NCBI GenBank assembly: GCA_013239625.1
Contig: MU054323.1
Coordinates: 11,741,815-11,805,814 of the forward strand
Length of the DNA: 64,000 nucleotides
DNA from: Lama guanicoe
Taxonomy: Eukaryota
Direction of reading: 5' to 3'
Position numbers and translations under genes: made by a program. Below are positions 50,402 to 62,060 of this stretch, in pieces. A model generated the notes under the pieces. The model was not told where the DNA came from. It saw only the letters and a list, made by a program, of their open reading frames with translations, and searched no databases. Every line of letters begins with the position of its first letter. Within the stretch, counting starts at the first letter, position 1.

Positions 50402-51052
50402 GCTCCTGTCATGACCACACGGGGCCTCTGCCCTGCTCTGGCCTTGCTAATTGTCTACGGGTCTTATTTGAGCCCTACATTCTCCACATATGATGATAAA
50501 CTGCCTTTTGCACTTAAACATCTGAGTGTTGGGTACACGGAAGAAAATGTGGGTAGGGAAAACACCAGAGCTCAGAGGAAAACCCAGGAACTGCAGGGGC
50601 CAGGCATTCTCTGCTGGGAAAACCCTTCCCCCAGTTGCTTAGTGATGGCAGCAAGGGTCACCCAAGAATAGAATCTAACAGCTCTGATCTGGAGTCAAAA
50701 CCCCGGCTCCAACATGAATCAGTTGTAGGATCTTGGACAAAATACTTAACCACTCAATGCTTCAGGGTCCTCATCTGCCAAACAGGAATATTAATAGGAC
50801 TCACTCCATGGGGTTTTGACAAGATCTAGAGACATAAATAAGCCCTGTGCCTGGCCTGTGACATGCACTTCATTATAAAGATGGGGCTTAAATAAATACA
50901 TTTGTTGCATGCCAGCTGTGTGCAGGTGTGGATCTAGGCACTGGGGATATAGTGGTTAGGAAAACTAACAAAGCCCTCGCCCCCTTGGAGGCTGCGTTCT
51001 CGTGGAGGAGACAGGGAAATCTTAGATGAATGATCTCTGCTCTGAAGCAAAA
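50402..51052 (+). repeat. 651-bp direct repeat, copy 1 (unique DNA plus a MIR and the start of an antisense L2)
   Basis: Gap-free alignment to 52574-53224 at offset 2172, with 11 mismatches counted by eye. Confidence 0.95.
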
Positions 51053-51379
51053 TGAAGCCAATGCGGGGACTAGAGAAAAAGGGAGGCACAACATCTGGGG
51101 TGGAATCATGCCACATGGAGCCCTCTGCTTTACCCCAGGCTGCCCACTTATCTACCTGTATATTTTTGAGCTCTGAGCTCTCTGCACATCATAATAATCA
51201 ATTAGGATTTCCACTGCAGACAGCTGCCTGTGAGTTGGGGATGTGGAAGAGAGAAATGTCGGTGAGGACGACACCGAGGTGCAGGGCAAGTAGAGAAGGG
51301 AGGGCCCGAGGTCACTGCGGGAGAGGATGCGGGTCAAATGGAGATCTTCAGCTGACCATAAACTGAGCAGAGAACAGCC

Positions 51380-51540
51380 TGCAGAGTCAGCCCTGGATCC
51401 AGCTCTCAGCTCGTGACCTTGGGGAAGTCACTTGACCTCCTAGGTTTTAGCTTCCTCATGTGTCAAATGAAGGTAACAAGGGTCAGTTGCTGAGAACATG
51501 AGTGGAAGCACATCTGCTGAGCTCGGCTCAGAACGGGGTC
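51380..51540 (+). mobile_element. MIR SINE
   Basis: GTGACCTTGGGGAAGTCACTTGACCTCC...CTTCCTCATGTGTCAAATG. Confidence 0.75.
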
Positions 51541-52573
51541 CCGCTGTCCCCACACACCTTTTACCCGCAATCTGGCTCAAGCATTTTTGAGCCTCCCCTC
51601 TCCCCCCACCCAGAAGCTGCTCTAAAAAGGCTTGTTGATTGATCTGCAAAGAATCAGAAACAGTCTCTGGGGCGTAGAGACACGTGTTGGAAGCATTTCT
51701 CAACTGATACAGAACGTGTGTCACAGCTGGTTCGCGCAGCGATTCCGAGAACTAGAGATGCACATAGAGAGAGGTTTGGCTGGACGGTGCCCAACCCTGA
51801 GAGTGACAGCATGTTTACAAGAGCTATTAGGGGCTGCTGCTCCTCATATGCTTATGGGATGATTTACTCCGCCAGGACTGGCAGACTGCTCCTTTGCCTT
51901 TCACTGTTGAATTGATTATTGAATCACAAATATCCCATTTGAATAACATGATTTAAGGTCAAGGCAGGCAGGAAGTACAAAGCCCATGGTAAAAAGACCT
52001 CTTCCCAACACTGGGCTCTGCAACTCTGGCAGGTTCTACAAACACATTTGAGAGTCAGGGAGGAAACTCTTTCTAAAGGACCCCACAAACAACCCCGATA
52101 GCCACATGAAATGACCCATCCATCCCTCTGGCCAAAAGCTGTCTTCACTCAAGCATACTTGGGTCAACAACAGACCAGAAAAGCACGGTGTATAAAGAAC
52201 AGCTCAGAGAACTGGAGGAAAGAGCGAGGAGGGGCACGATGCTGCCCACGTGTATTTAGAGGGCTGTCCGCAATGCAATCCTTCCAACAAGCCTTCTAAG
52301 TCTATTTTGTTACTCACTTTTCTATATACGCAAACTCAGAAAAGTTCAATGACTGGCCCAGGAGATGTTGAGGGTGCAGATCCATGGTCGGCCCACAGCT
52401 CCACTTTAGAACCAACTCTGCTCTAAACACTCCATAAACACTTTATCTCCACTTCTCCTCTCAGCCCACTGTCCTCTGATGATACCCCTGGGGCAATGAG
52501 GGAGGGGCCCCTGGAGGAGCAACAGCGGGAGGGGCTGGGTCCTGTAGAAATGGCCACTTAGAATGAGCTCCCA

Positions 52574-53224
52574 GCTCCTGCCATGACCACTCCGGGCCTC
52601 TGCCCTGCTCTGGCCTTGCTAATTGTCTACGGGTCTTATTTGAGCCCTACATTCTCCACATATGATGATAAACTGCCTTTTGCACTTAAACATCTGAGTG
52701 TTGGGTACACGGAAGAAAATGTGGGTAGGGAAAACACCAGAGCTCAGAGGAAAACCCAGGAACTGCAGGGGCCAGGCATTCTCTGCTGGGAAAACCCTTC
52801 CCCCAGTTGCTTAGTGATGGCAGCAAGGGTCACCCAAGAATAGAATCTAACAGCTCTGATCTGGAGTCAAAACCCCGGCTCCAACATGAATCAGTTGTAG
52901 GATCTTGGACAAAATACTTAACCACTCGATGCTTCAGGGTCCTCATCTGCCAAACAGGAATATTAATAGGACTCACTCCATGGGGTTTTGACAAGATCTA
53001 GAGACATAAATAAGCCCTGTGCCTGGCCTGTGACATGCACTTCATTATAAAGATGGGGCTTAAATAAATACATTTGTTGCATGCCAGCTGTGTGCAGGTG
53101 TGGATCTAGGCACGGGGGATATAGTGGTCAAGAAACCTAACAAAGCCTTTGCCCCCTTGGAGGCTGCGTTCTCGTGGAGGAGACAGGGAAATCTTAGATG
53201 AATGATCTCCGCTCTGAAGCAAAA
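52574..53224 (+). repeat. 651-bp direct repeat, copy 2
   Basis: See copy 1; ORF-track peptides at 50635 and 52807 differ by a single residue. Confidence 0.95.
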
Positions 53225-53699
53225 CAAGGGTACTGTATCTCTATGTGATGAGCAGATACAAACACAAAAGAAGTACTAGGGGTGTGTGTACGTGCATATA
53301 CACAGATTTACACAAACAAGTGTACAGAGTGGCCTCAAAAAACTCATGATCTGTTTGAGAAAACAGGAAACAACGAATAACGCAATAATACTGTCTCACT
53401 GGTTTAGACAGTAAGAACCGCATGCAGGGTAGCTGTAGGATTTGTCATCCACACTGGAACACTCTTAAGAATGAAAGAATTAAAGCACAGCTAATAACTG
53501 CACTGGGACACAAGATATAAATGGGAATGGCCAAGGTGAACCTAAGGTCACCTAAGGTAGTTCGATGGTCGTAGCCCCAGCCAAACTTACAGACTCTACT
53601 TTCAAGTGTCCTATACAAGTGCTGAATTCTGCACAATGCCACCCTATCCCTTGTGATGTCAGCACTAATGATTACTCCTGTAATTTATATTATTATAGT

Positions 53700-53935
53700 A
53701 ACAATTCTTATAATAATTGCAGCTTCTGTTGATTAGAGATGCTGGATACTATGCTAAGCTATCACAGACATCGGCTCCTCTGATTCTCACAATGCTAAGA
53801 GGTGGGCATTGTTAGACCCATTTTACAGTTAGTAAAACAGAGTACAAAGAGTTTATGTTACATGACATGCCCAACAGCCACAAAAGTGAGTACTCCAGCA
53901 CTGTCCGAATATAAAGGACCTCGTCTGAACTACAA
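53700..53935 (-). mobile_element. MIR SINE
   Basis: ATACTATGCTAAGCT...ATTCTCACAATGCTAAGAGGTGGGCATTGTTAGACCCATTTTACAG. Confidence 0.75.
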
Positions 53936-56215
53936 GCTGCAAGTTCTCACCTCTATCCCTCAAGGAGGCTATGAAATCCAGTACACACGCCCATCTTTCA
54001 CCCCCACAGCTCAGGCAGTTTCCCTCTCTCCATTTTCACATCTGTTTCCCTACTTAACATCTATCCTTCTTTTCCCTTCAATTATCTCAGGAAAAACATT
54101 TCCCTTCTCTCTAAATATCTCTTTCCCCATTTCCATTCCTCTTACAAATCTCCAAAGATGCTCACTAATCTTGTTTGATAAGTCTAAGTTCCTTTATGAA
54201 GGCAAATGAGAGGCTAAGTTGTAAGATAAAATTTAGAATAATAAACAGTTCTATCATCCAATAATGACATTGCAAGTGCCCAGAAGTCCCCTTGCACAAT
54301 CCCCAGAAATCTTAATTTACGTCCTTATCTGTCTTTAATTAAACAGACTTTTCCCTGAGCACCAGCAAAATACCCACATTTCTCTCTTGAGCTCATCACC
54401 CTGGGTCTCATCCCATAACAAGCAGGGTAGCCCAGCACTGCCTATTTTCCACCGCAGGAGCATCGCATCTCCATTCCAGTCTACGTTAAGAGGCTAGGGC
54501 GGATGGGCCAAGGAACTAGATCAAGATTTGTCACATTGTGCCCATGGGGAAATGTGTACCAGGTCACAGATGGAGTTGTCCAACACCACCCTGGGTACAG
54601 GAGAGACCAGGGCAGAACAAGAGGCTCAAGTCAGGAGCTAAGGACATTGCTACATCATGCCAGAGGTGACAATGCAGGAGCAAAAGTGAAGGGATGGGGG
54701 TAATCTTGGGAAAAGACTGGCTCCAGCGGAGACTGGAAATGAGGAGCCCGGAAAAAAAGGCCAGAGCCAATTACACTCATTAGTCAATAGGGACGATCGT
54801 CAAAAAGCATCAGGCTAAGCTATGGCAGAGAAAGTTCAGGCTTGTTAGAAGGAGAAAACTTGAATGGTAATCATCCGACTCGACAACTTTCAAATTTCAG
54901 CAGGGCTTTGAAAATGGTAATTAGGCTTGATAACATTAGACAATCATAAGTGCACCTGGTTTGCCCCCCACTCCTGCCTTAATCAGCCCTTCCCTTATTA
55001 AAGGCACACAGATTGATAAGAAAATCCTATTGTTTTAAAGGTTACCGGAGAGTTGCATCCAGAGTTAAAGCCAATTAACGACTTCAGAATAATGGGTCTG
55101 AATCAGAATTTCTCATCAAAGCAATCCTGGGCAGATCTGGCCTACTAAAGATTTCTCTTCCCACTCCTGGGACCCCAATCAAATCAGCCCACTCACCCTG
55201 CAGTGAGCTCTCTTGGGGCCAGCCCTGCAGCACAGCCAGGACCAAGGAGCTCTCAGGTCCTGGCTCCTGGGGGCCATGCGGCCCACTCAGGACAGTGGTC
55301 ACTTGTGGCAAAGGTTCAGAAGCTGGACAGCATGGTGAGGCCACCAGGATGAGCAACAGGGAAGGGCACGGGCACGTGAGATCAGACACGGGATAAGATA
55401 CGGGAGGGGAGAACTTGGATGCTGGAGAGCAGGGCAAGGCAGGGCTGGTTCATAGATCAGAGGAACAAAGAGCTGCAAACTCAGGCACTTCAGGTCCGCA
55501 GCAGCAGGAAGCTGCACAGGCAGGTCTGCTGCTGTGCAAGCCCATCTCAGGGCCTCGGAGGGAGAGCAGGGGAGCTTTGCTGGGGTGCTAGGGCTGCATT
55601 CAGAGGTGGGTCAGCCTAGACCTCAGCTGTAGACCATTTTCAATCTGCAAAAACATAAAGAAATAAGAAATAGAAATGCACGCCATGGTATTTGGCTCAG
55701 GTGGCCACACCTTTGGGAAATCAGCTTGTCTAAACCAAGAGCCACAGCCCAGGCTCCACATCTGGAGGGAAGAAGATGGCCAGGAAGAGCTGCTTCTTCA
55801 ATTAGACAGCCACGCATCTAGGGTTAATTGGCTTCCAGGTGAGGCTCCCATCAAGCGGCAAATTGGCTGTTTCAGCACGAGCTGTCCACTGACTTCCCTA
55901 ATCAGACAGGGTCTAGATCTCCCATTCCAGGCACAGTGAGATTCATGTCACTCGGTCTCCATAATAGCAACTCCCTCTGGTGGTCACCCTGATATTGGGC
56001 CCTCTTGCTGCTTCCCTGGAAGACCAGGCTGGGCACTCAGTGATCCACTCCAGCCTCCAGCACCTGGATTCCCTGCAACCTGGTGCCACACAGGCTGGCT
56101 TAGGCAGGCATGGGCTTTGCAGGCATCAGGATCCCTCCTCGAAAGGATGTGGTGGTGCATGTTAATGAAAATGGTGCATGGGGCAAAAATCAGAGCTGCT
56201 CAAAATGATTTTTTT

Positions 56216-56769
56216 TGTCTTCAATTTCCTTCATCAGAGTCTTACAGTTTTCAGAGTATAGGTCTTTCACCTCCTTGGTGAAATTTATTCTGATGTATTT
56301 TATTCTTTTTGTAGTGCTTATAAATGCGGTTGTTTTGCTTTTTCTTTCTGACACTTCATTATTAGAGCATTTGGTGAAATTCAACACCCATTCATGATAA
56401 AAACTCTCAACAACACTGGTCCAGAGGGAACATATCTCATTATAATAAAGGCCATTTATGACAAACCCACAGCTAACATCATACTCAATGGTGAAAAGCT
56501 GAAAGCTTTTCCTCTAAAATCAGAAACAAGACAAGGATACCCACTCTTACCATATTTAACATAGTATTTGAAGTCCTTGCCACAACAATCAGACAAGAAA
56601 AAGAAACAGAGGGCATCCAAATTGGAAGAAATAAAACTCACTATTTATAGATGACATGACAGTATATATAGAAAACTCTAAAGTCTCTACCAAAAAATGA
56701 GAATAAATGAGTTCAGTTAAGTTGCAGAATACAAGATTCACATATAGTAATCTATTGCTTTTCTATATA
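56216..56769 (-). mobile_element. L1 ORF2 (RT) internal fragment inserted with a 5' inversion, no 3' UTR or poly(A)
   Basis: 56216-56365 (-) encodes NNEVSERK...KRIKYIRINFTKEVKDLYSENCKTLMKEIED; 56366-56769 (+) carries the directly upstream IQHPFMIK...IAFLY segment; 15-bp TSD CAAAATGATTTTTTT at 56201-56215 and 56770-56784. Confidence 0.88.
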
Positions 56770-56913
56770 CAAAATGATTTTTTTAACGAAACCAAACAGA
56801 AGAGTAGAATGTGCTGTGAAAATGTTACTCAAGAATAAAATGGATTACTCAACACCTTAGAAATACCATGGGAAACCACATAAAACACATTACCCTGAAG
56901 ACCGGGGGAAAAC

Positions 56914-56966
56914 AAGATTGCCAGATAAAATACAGGAGCCCAGTTAAGTTTTTAGTATAAGTATGT
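56914..56966. mobile_element. MER53 fragment
   Basis: GATTGCCAGATAAAATACAGGAGCCCAGTTAAG...TTTTAGTATAAGTATGT. Confidence 0.65.
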
Positions 56967-57349
56967 GAACAAAAGTTAGATGTTTTTATATGGAAAAAAG
57001 TTTTAAAAAATCATTACTTTCCAAAAGAGGAAGACTAAGAGGAGAAATTACTCAAATCCAGGCATGATTTATTACAGGAAACATCCTATTCTGGAAGATT
57101 CAGAGGACATGGTTTCTTGTCGCAGGCTTGTGACCTGTGCAAATCAGTTAACTTTTACATTAAAGAGTTAGTTTCAGGATGAGACTAGGAAATCGCTATT
57201 TTCTTTCCAATCCTAAAATGTTATGATTCTATTCAATTAGAACTGTATGAACAGCAAATGTATTTATGTCCCAAGTCCTAGAAAACAAAACTAGAGAGCA
57301 CCTGTTTCAGATTGAAAGATGCAGGTCCTTTCTTTCTTTGCAGGTCTTT

Positions 57350-57797
57350 TCTAACATACCCATCACCTTACCAAGTTACCCTTTTTTGGTGAGAACAATT
57401 AAGATTTACTCTCTTAGCAAATTTCAAGTATATAATACAGCATTATTAACTCGAGTCACCACGCTGCACATCAGATCTCTAGAATTTCTTCATCCTTCAT
57501 AACTAAAACTGGGTACCTTTTGACCAACATCTATCCCCCTTTCCCCTCCCCACAGCCCCTGATAATCAACCACCATTCTACTCTTTGCGTCTATGAGTGT
57601 GACTACTTTATATTCCACATATAAATGAGATCATGCAGTATTTCTCTTTCTAGGTCTGGTTCACTAGCATCATATCCTCCAAGTTCATCCATGTTGTCAC
57701 AAATGACAGGATTTCCATCTTTTTTATAGCCGAATAACATTTCATTGTATATATAAGCCACATTTTCTTTATCCATTCATCTGTCAACAGACACTTG
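57350..57797 (-). mobile_element. L1 (L1MA-type) 3' region
   Basis: TTAAGATTTACTCTCTTAGCAAATTTCAAGTATATAATACAG...ATTCCACATATAAATGAGATCATGCAGTATTT...TATCCATTCATCTGTCAACAGACACTT. Confidence 0.85.
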
Positions 57798-58024
57798 ATT
57801 TCTCAGCAGGCAGAGAATGCGGGTGGCTGTGTTCTAAGAGATGATGTCATTCAGCTGAAGCCAGAAACAAGATCAGAAAAGATAAACCCAAGTAGGTTAT
57901 CTGGGCCACTAATGCTGTATGGGGTCCATCCAAAGCCTTCTGAGGCTGACAGAAGGGTAGAGAACAGCCTTCCACAGACAGCCCTATTAAGACTGCATCT
58001 GATCCCAAATGTGCACCTTAAAAG

Positions 58025-58480
58025 ATTTTGCTCTTTTTTATGGCTGAGTAGTATTCCACTGTGTATATATACCACATCTTCTTTATCCAGTCATCTGTCG
58101 ATGGACATTTAGGTTGTTTCCATGTCTTGGCTATTATAAATAGTGCTGCTGTGAACATTGGGGTGCATGAATGAACTTATTTACAAAACAGAAACTGACT
58201 CACAGACATAGAAAACAAACTTATGGTTGCCGGGGGGAAAGTGGGTGGGAAGGGACAAATCGAGAGTTTGAGATTTGCAGATACTAACTACTATATATAA
58301 AATAGATGAACAACAAGTTTCTTCTGTATAGCACAGGGAACTATATTCAGTATCTTATAGTAACCTATAATGAAAAAGATTGTGAAAATAAATATATATG
58401 TATATGTATGACTGAAACATAATGCTGTACACCAGAAAGTGACAGAACATTGTAAACTGCCTATACTTCAATAAAAAAGG
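58025..58480 (+). mobile_element. Lineage-specific (artiodactyl/camelid) L1 3' end with inverted 5' segment
   Basis: About 58025-58169 is antisense ORF2-end sequence (TATGGCTGAGTAGTATTCCA...GAACATTGGGGTGCATG); about 58170-58480 is sense 3' UTR (AATGAACTTATTTACAAAACAGAAAC...GTATAGCACAGGGAACTATATTC...TATACTTCAATAAAAAA). Confidence 0.85.
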
Positions 58481-58559
58481 GGGAAAACGGCAGGGGGTGG
58501 GTAGTTTTTGTTATTATGAAAAGATGTTCTTAAAATAAAATCCACTGATCTGTATGAAA

Positions 58560-59301
58560 AGAATTTGTTTTAGATAGGGTAAAGCTCAATCAATCATGAA
58601 AGATGCTGACAAAGCTTTGTGAAGGTCACACCAAAGGCTAGCAGAAGTCAACCACTGGATTCTCAGCAACGATTAGGAGGAATATCAAGTGGGTGTGATC
58701 AGAGCCATTTCTTCTCTACACATACAAAAGCATCTTCCAAAGAAGACTAACACAGCCTAAGTTTTAAAATCATTTGGGAGCTACAAAAGTAGAAGAGCTT
58801 ACCCATTCTTTCCTAATATAAGTAAGCAGAAAGGAAAGGAAAAGACCAAGTTAAGTCCAAAATATAGTAAGTATTTTGGGTTGGATCTGCCCAAAACAGT
58901 CTAATTTCATCTCAGCAATTTTTATACATTTTTACATTTACAGAAAAGAAAAAACAGTTAAACATTCAAAAGTGCACATGCTTATTTTGTTGGGAAAATT
59001 ATACACATTTGTTTGATTAGCTTTGGTAAATAAAATAACCAAGTCATCACTCAAGACTCAGACGTGGCTGCAAAATTGATTCAACGAAATGTCAAAATAA
59101 ATCACAGCTTAAAAATGCATGGTATGTAACTTCTAAAAATGAAAACCACATCTATCTCTGTCAGAGCTGTGAAGACTGTGCATTAAAATTATATCAAAAA
59201 TGAATGCACTTTTGCAGGGAAAATATTGATTTAATCGACTCTTCCCGACTAGTGATTCAAATCATGATTTGAATCAATTTGATTTTAATTGAGCCCACCC
59301 T
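58560..59301 (+). mobile_element. Ancient hAT DNA transposon 3' part (transposase dimerisation-domain remnant and terminus)
   Basis: About 58730-58800 translates IFQRRLTQPKF*NHLGATKVEEL, resembling hAT IFSSFGLVHSKLRNRLGVEKAGKL; terminus has GATTTAAATCA-like subterminal repeats ending CCACCCT. Confidence 0.6.
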
Positions 59302-59970
59302 TTCCAAAAGTCATTTGTATGTGCCTTTGGAGTGCATGATATTTCCAGTGGTCTATTTGTCTCCCTAGTTATAGGATGTTCAGACTGATATGAAAAAGGC
59401 TGAGCTCTCCCTGCCTTGCCAACAGGGAAAGGAGAGCCTTCTGCAAACCTAGGCCAGCTGCAAATAATTCGAGGAAGGCCAACCAAGCACCAACTATAAT
59501 TACTAAGCAACAGAGCAGGCAGTCACACAGGATCCAAGTGCTGGTGTAAAGACCAAGCCTTAGCGTTCGAAGTTCAAGTGTGATGCGCCAGGGTCTTACA
59601 GAATTCCAGGACAGAGGTCAGGAACAAGGCCGACCTCAGTCCCGGGGTACTGTAATACTCAGTGGGTCTCAGCTAGAGGAGAAGCTGAGAATCAGAGACC
59701 AGGACAAGGAAGGAGCTTGGGGAAACCGGATTAGAGAAGCCCCCACAGGAGGCTGACCTGCACTGAGAACATGAGTTAGGGGTTCAGGGAAATAGTCGTG
59801 CAGGAGCTGACCCGGTGAATTAACTGACCTCTGTCTCAACTTCCTGACAGGGATTATCAACTTCCTAAAGATTCAGAATGTGTGGCACAGTTCAACTTGG
59901 TACCCAGGAAGCACTCAATATTAGTTATTACCGATGAAGAGGAGGAGAGGGAGGATGAAATGTTCCCTGC

Positions 59971-60077
59971 TAGGTAAACAACTGTCCAGTCAGCTCAGGA
60001 TTGATGGTTTCCCAAGATAAGGGACATTCCATGCGAAAGCTCCAAAGACTGGGCAAACCCAGAGGGCTGGTCCTTCT
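59971..60077. mobile_element. MER81-like hAT-Blackjack MITE
   Basis: TAGGTAAACAACTGTCC...GGTTTCCCAAGATAAGGGACATTCC...CTGGGCAAACC...CTGGTC; flanks TTCCCTGC / CTCCCTGT resemble an 8-bp TSD. Confidence 0.55.
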
Positions 60078-60898
60078 CTCCCTGTCTTGTGCCCAGACTG
60101 ATGACAGAGCCTGGGGTGGGACAGAAGCTGCAGGTAGGCTTAAGTGCCTTTAGCTCTGGGCATCATAGGCCAGGAGAGTCAGGGAGCCAGGTACCACATC
60201 TGCTTGGGGGTAAAGCTGAGTTTTCTTGTTGGAGGATCATGGTCTAGCTTTTCCCATCACAGCACCTGATGAAGAGAACCCAGGGAATCGATGATCATTA
60301 ACAAGCTGCCCAGGCTAATCATTTCCTCCTGTCGGTTCCAGTTAAAGGAAACAAACAAGGCCGTGCCTGGGCTCACTGAGTTTCAGCTGGTCTCTCTGCC
60401 CTTCATTGAGTTTTAACCTCTACCCAGAGTCTCACTCACTGCAGAAGCCCGACAGGTGGTGCACAGCATTTGAATAAGCTGAGTAGTGGGACTAGGGTTC
60501 TGATCTGCTGTGTCCTGGGATGTGTCTCTGCAGAAAGGCCTAAGAGCTCGGCTGGGAATTACTCTCAGGGAGCCCTGGTTCAGTGGGCAGGTCCTGGTCT
60601 CCTGAGTTGGGGCTGAGGCCGAAGGCCTTCCCCATACCCTGTCATCAGACCTTATGTGTGACCCACAGAAAGGACATTACACAACTCTGGGTTCCTATTT
60701 CATCTCCTGGGGCTGGTGAAACTTAGAAACAGTGCCAGCAAGGAGGGCCCAGAGAATGCTCTGTGAGAGGTTGTTGGTGAAGGGATCCCTCAGTTCCTTG
60801 AGGGTTTTAGGGATGGACTTAGGAACATGATTTTTACAGGCTGCTGATATCCAGCAGGTAGGGGAGAAAGTGCACCAGGTTGACAGTCAGAACCGGAA

Positions 60899-61290
60899 TT
60901 TTCTTTTTCTTTCTTTTTTATTGAAGTATATAGTTGATTCATAAGTTGTGTTAGTTTCAAGTGTAGAGCAAAGTGATTCGATTATACATACATATTCTTT
61001 TTCAGATTCTTTTCCATTATAGGTTATTACAAGATATTGAACACAGTTCCCTGTGCTATACAGTAAGTCCTGGTTGTTTATCTCTTTCATATATAGCAGT
61101 GTGTATTTGTTAATCCCAAACTCCTAATTTATCCCTCCAGCTCTTTCCCCTTTGGTAACCATAGCTTGTTTTTTGTGTCTATGAGTGTATTTCTGGTTTG
61201 TAAATAAGTTCACTTGTGACATTTTTTTCGATCCCACGTATAAGGGACATCATATAGTACTTGTCTGTCTGCACTACTTCACTTAGTGTG
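60899..61290 (-). mobile_element. Artiodactyl-type L1 3' end
   Basis: T-rich tail, then TTATTGAAGTATATAGTTGAT...CAGATTCTTTTCCATTATAGGTTATTACAAGATATTGAACACAGTTCCCTGTGCTATACAGTA. Confidence 0.88.
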
Positions 61291-61889
61291 AACCTGCCTG
61301 TTTATCCCTGTCCACGTGCAGCCTCAGCCAACACAAGCTGAACAGGCACTGGGAGCAACTGCCGCCCAAGGCTCATTCTCCAGTTTTGTCCTCCTTTAAT
61401 CCTCAGCACAAAAGTCCAAAATAAGCATTATTGTGCCCCATTTTTTCCCTTTGCTTTTGATGAGGAAACGATCTCAGAGAGGTGGAATCCGAGGCTAAGG
61501 GAAGTGAGCTGTTCACGTGACCAAGCTACTTAGGAGTTGGGTGTGTTGGCTGAAGCAGAAGCAGCTGATTCTGGAACCTTAAAGATGTGCGTTGGGACAG
61601 GTTTTGGGAACATGCACTGAACAGAGGGGGGCTGATGCGAGGAACCAGGAACCTGAGGCTGGAGGAAGAGTCTTCTTTAGGCCAGCTGTAGGTATAGCTT
61701 TTGAAGCCCTGTGGTTGATGTGTTCTGGCTGCTCCACGTTTATTAAGGGCTTTGCTGCCTGACCTGATGCTCAGCTTGCCTGGGTCCTAGGGGTGGGCGT
61801 GGCAGGGGTGGGGGGTATCCTCTTTGGAAACACTGCTGAGGTGGGGGCCAGTGAAGGAGAAGAAGCATGGGTTTGTGCACCCCACACGA

Positions 61890-62060
61890 CAGGACTGGAA
61901 TAATGGCTCTGCTCCCTGGTAACTAAGCAGTCTTAAGCAAGTCACTTAACCTCTCTGAACCCCAGTCTCTTCATCTATAACCTGGCTCTCCTGTAGCTGG
62001 TGTTAAGTATTAAAAATAGCACATGTGACATGCTGAGCATCCTTCCATACATGGAGAACG
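61890..62060 (+). mobile_element. MIR SINE
   Basis: CTTAAGCAAGTCACTTAACCTCTCTGAACCCCAGTCTCTTCATCTATAA. Confidence 0.75.

Noticed and set aside
50081..53001. Duplicated ORF peptides (MTT.GLCPALALLIVYGSYLSP...) as a tandem gene or signal-peptide protein
   Set aside because: The identity follows from the recent DNA duplication; there is no splice, Kozak or domain support, and the neighbouring ORF runs through a MIR.
50402..53224. LTR retroelement interpretation of two direct repeats around 1.5 kb
   Set aside because: No TG...CA termini, PBS, PPT or TSD; the repeats and spacer contain MIR/L2 and host-like DNA.
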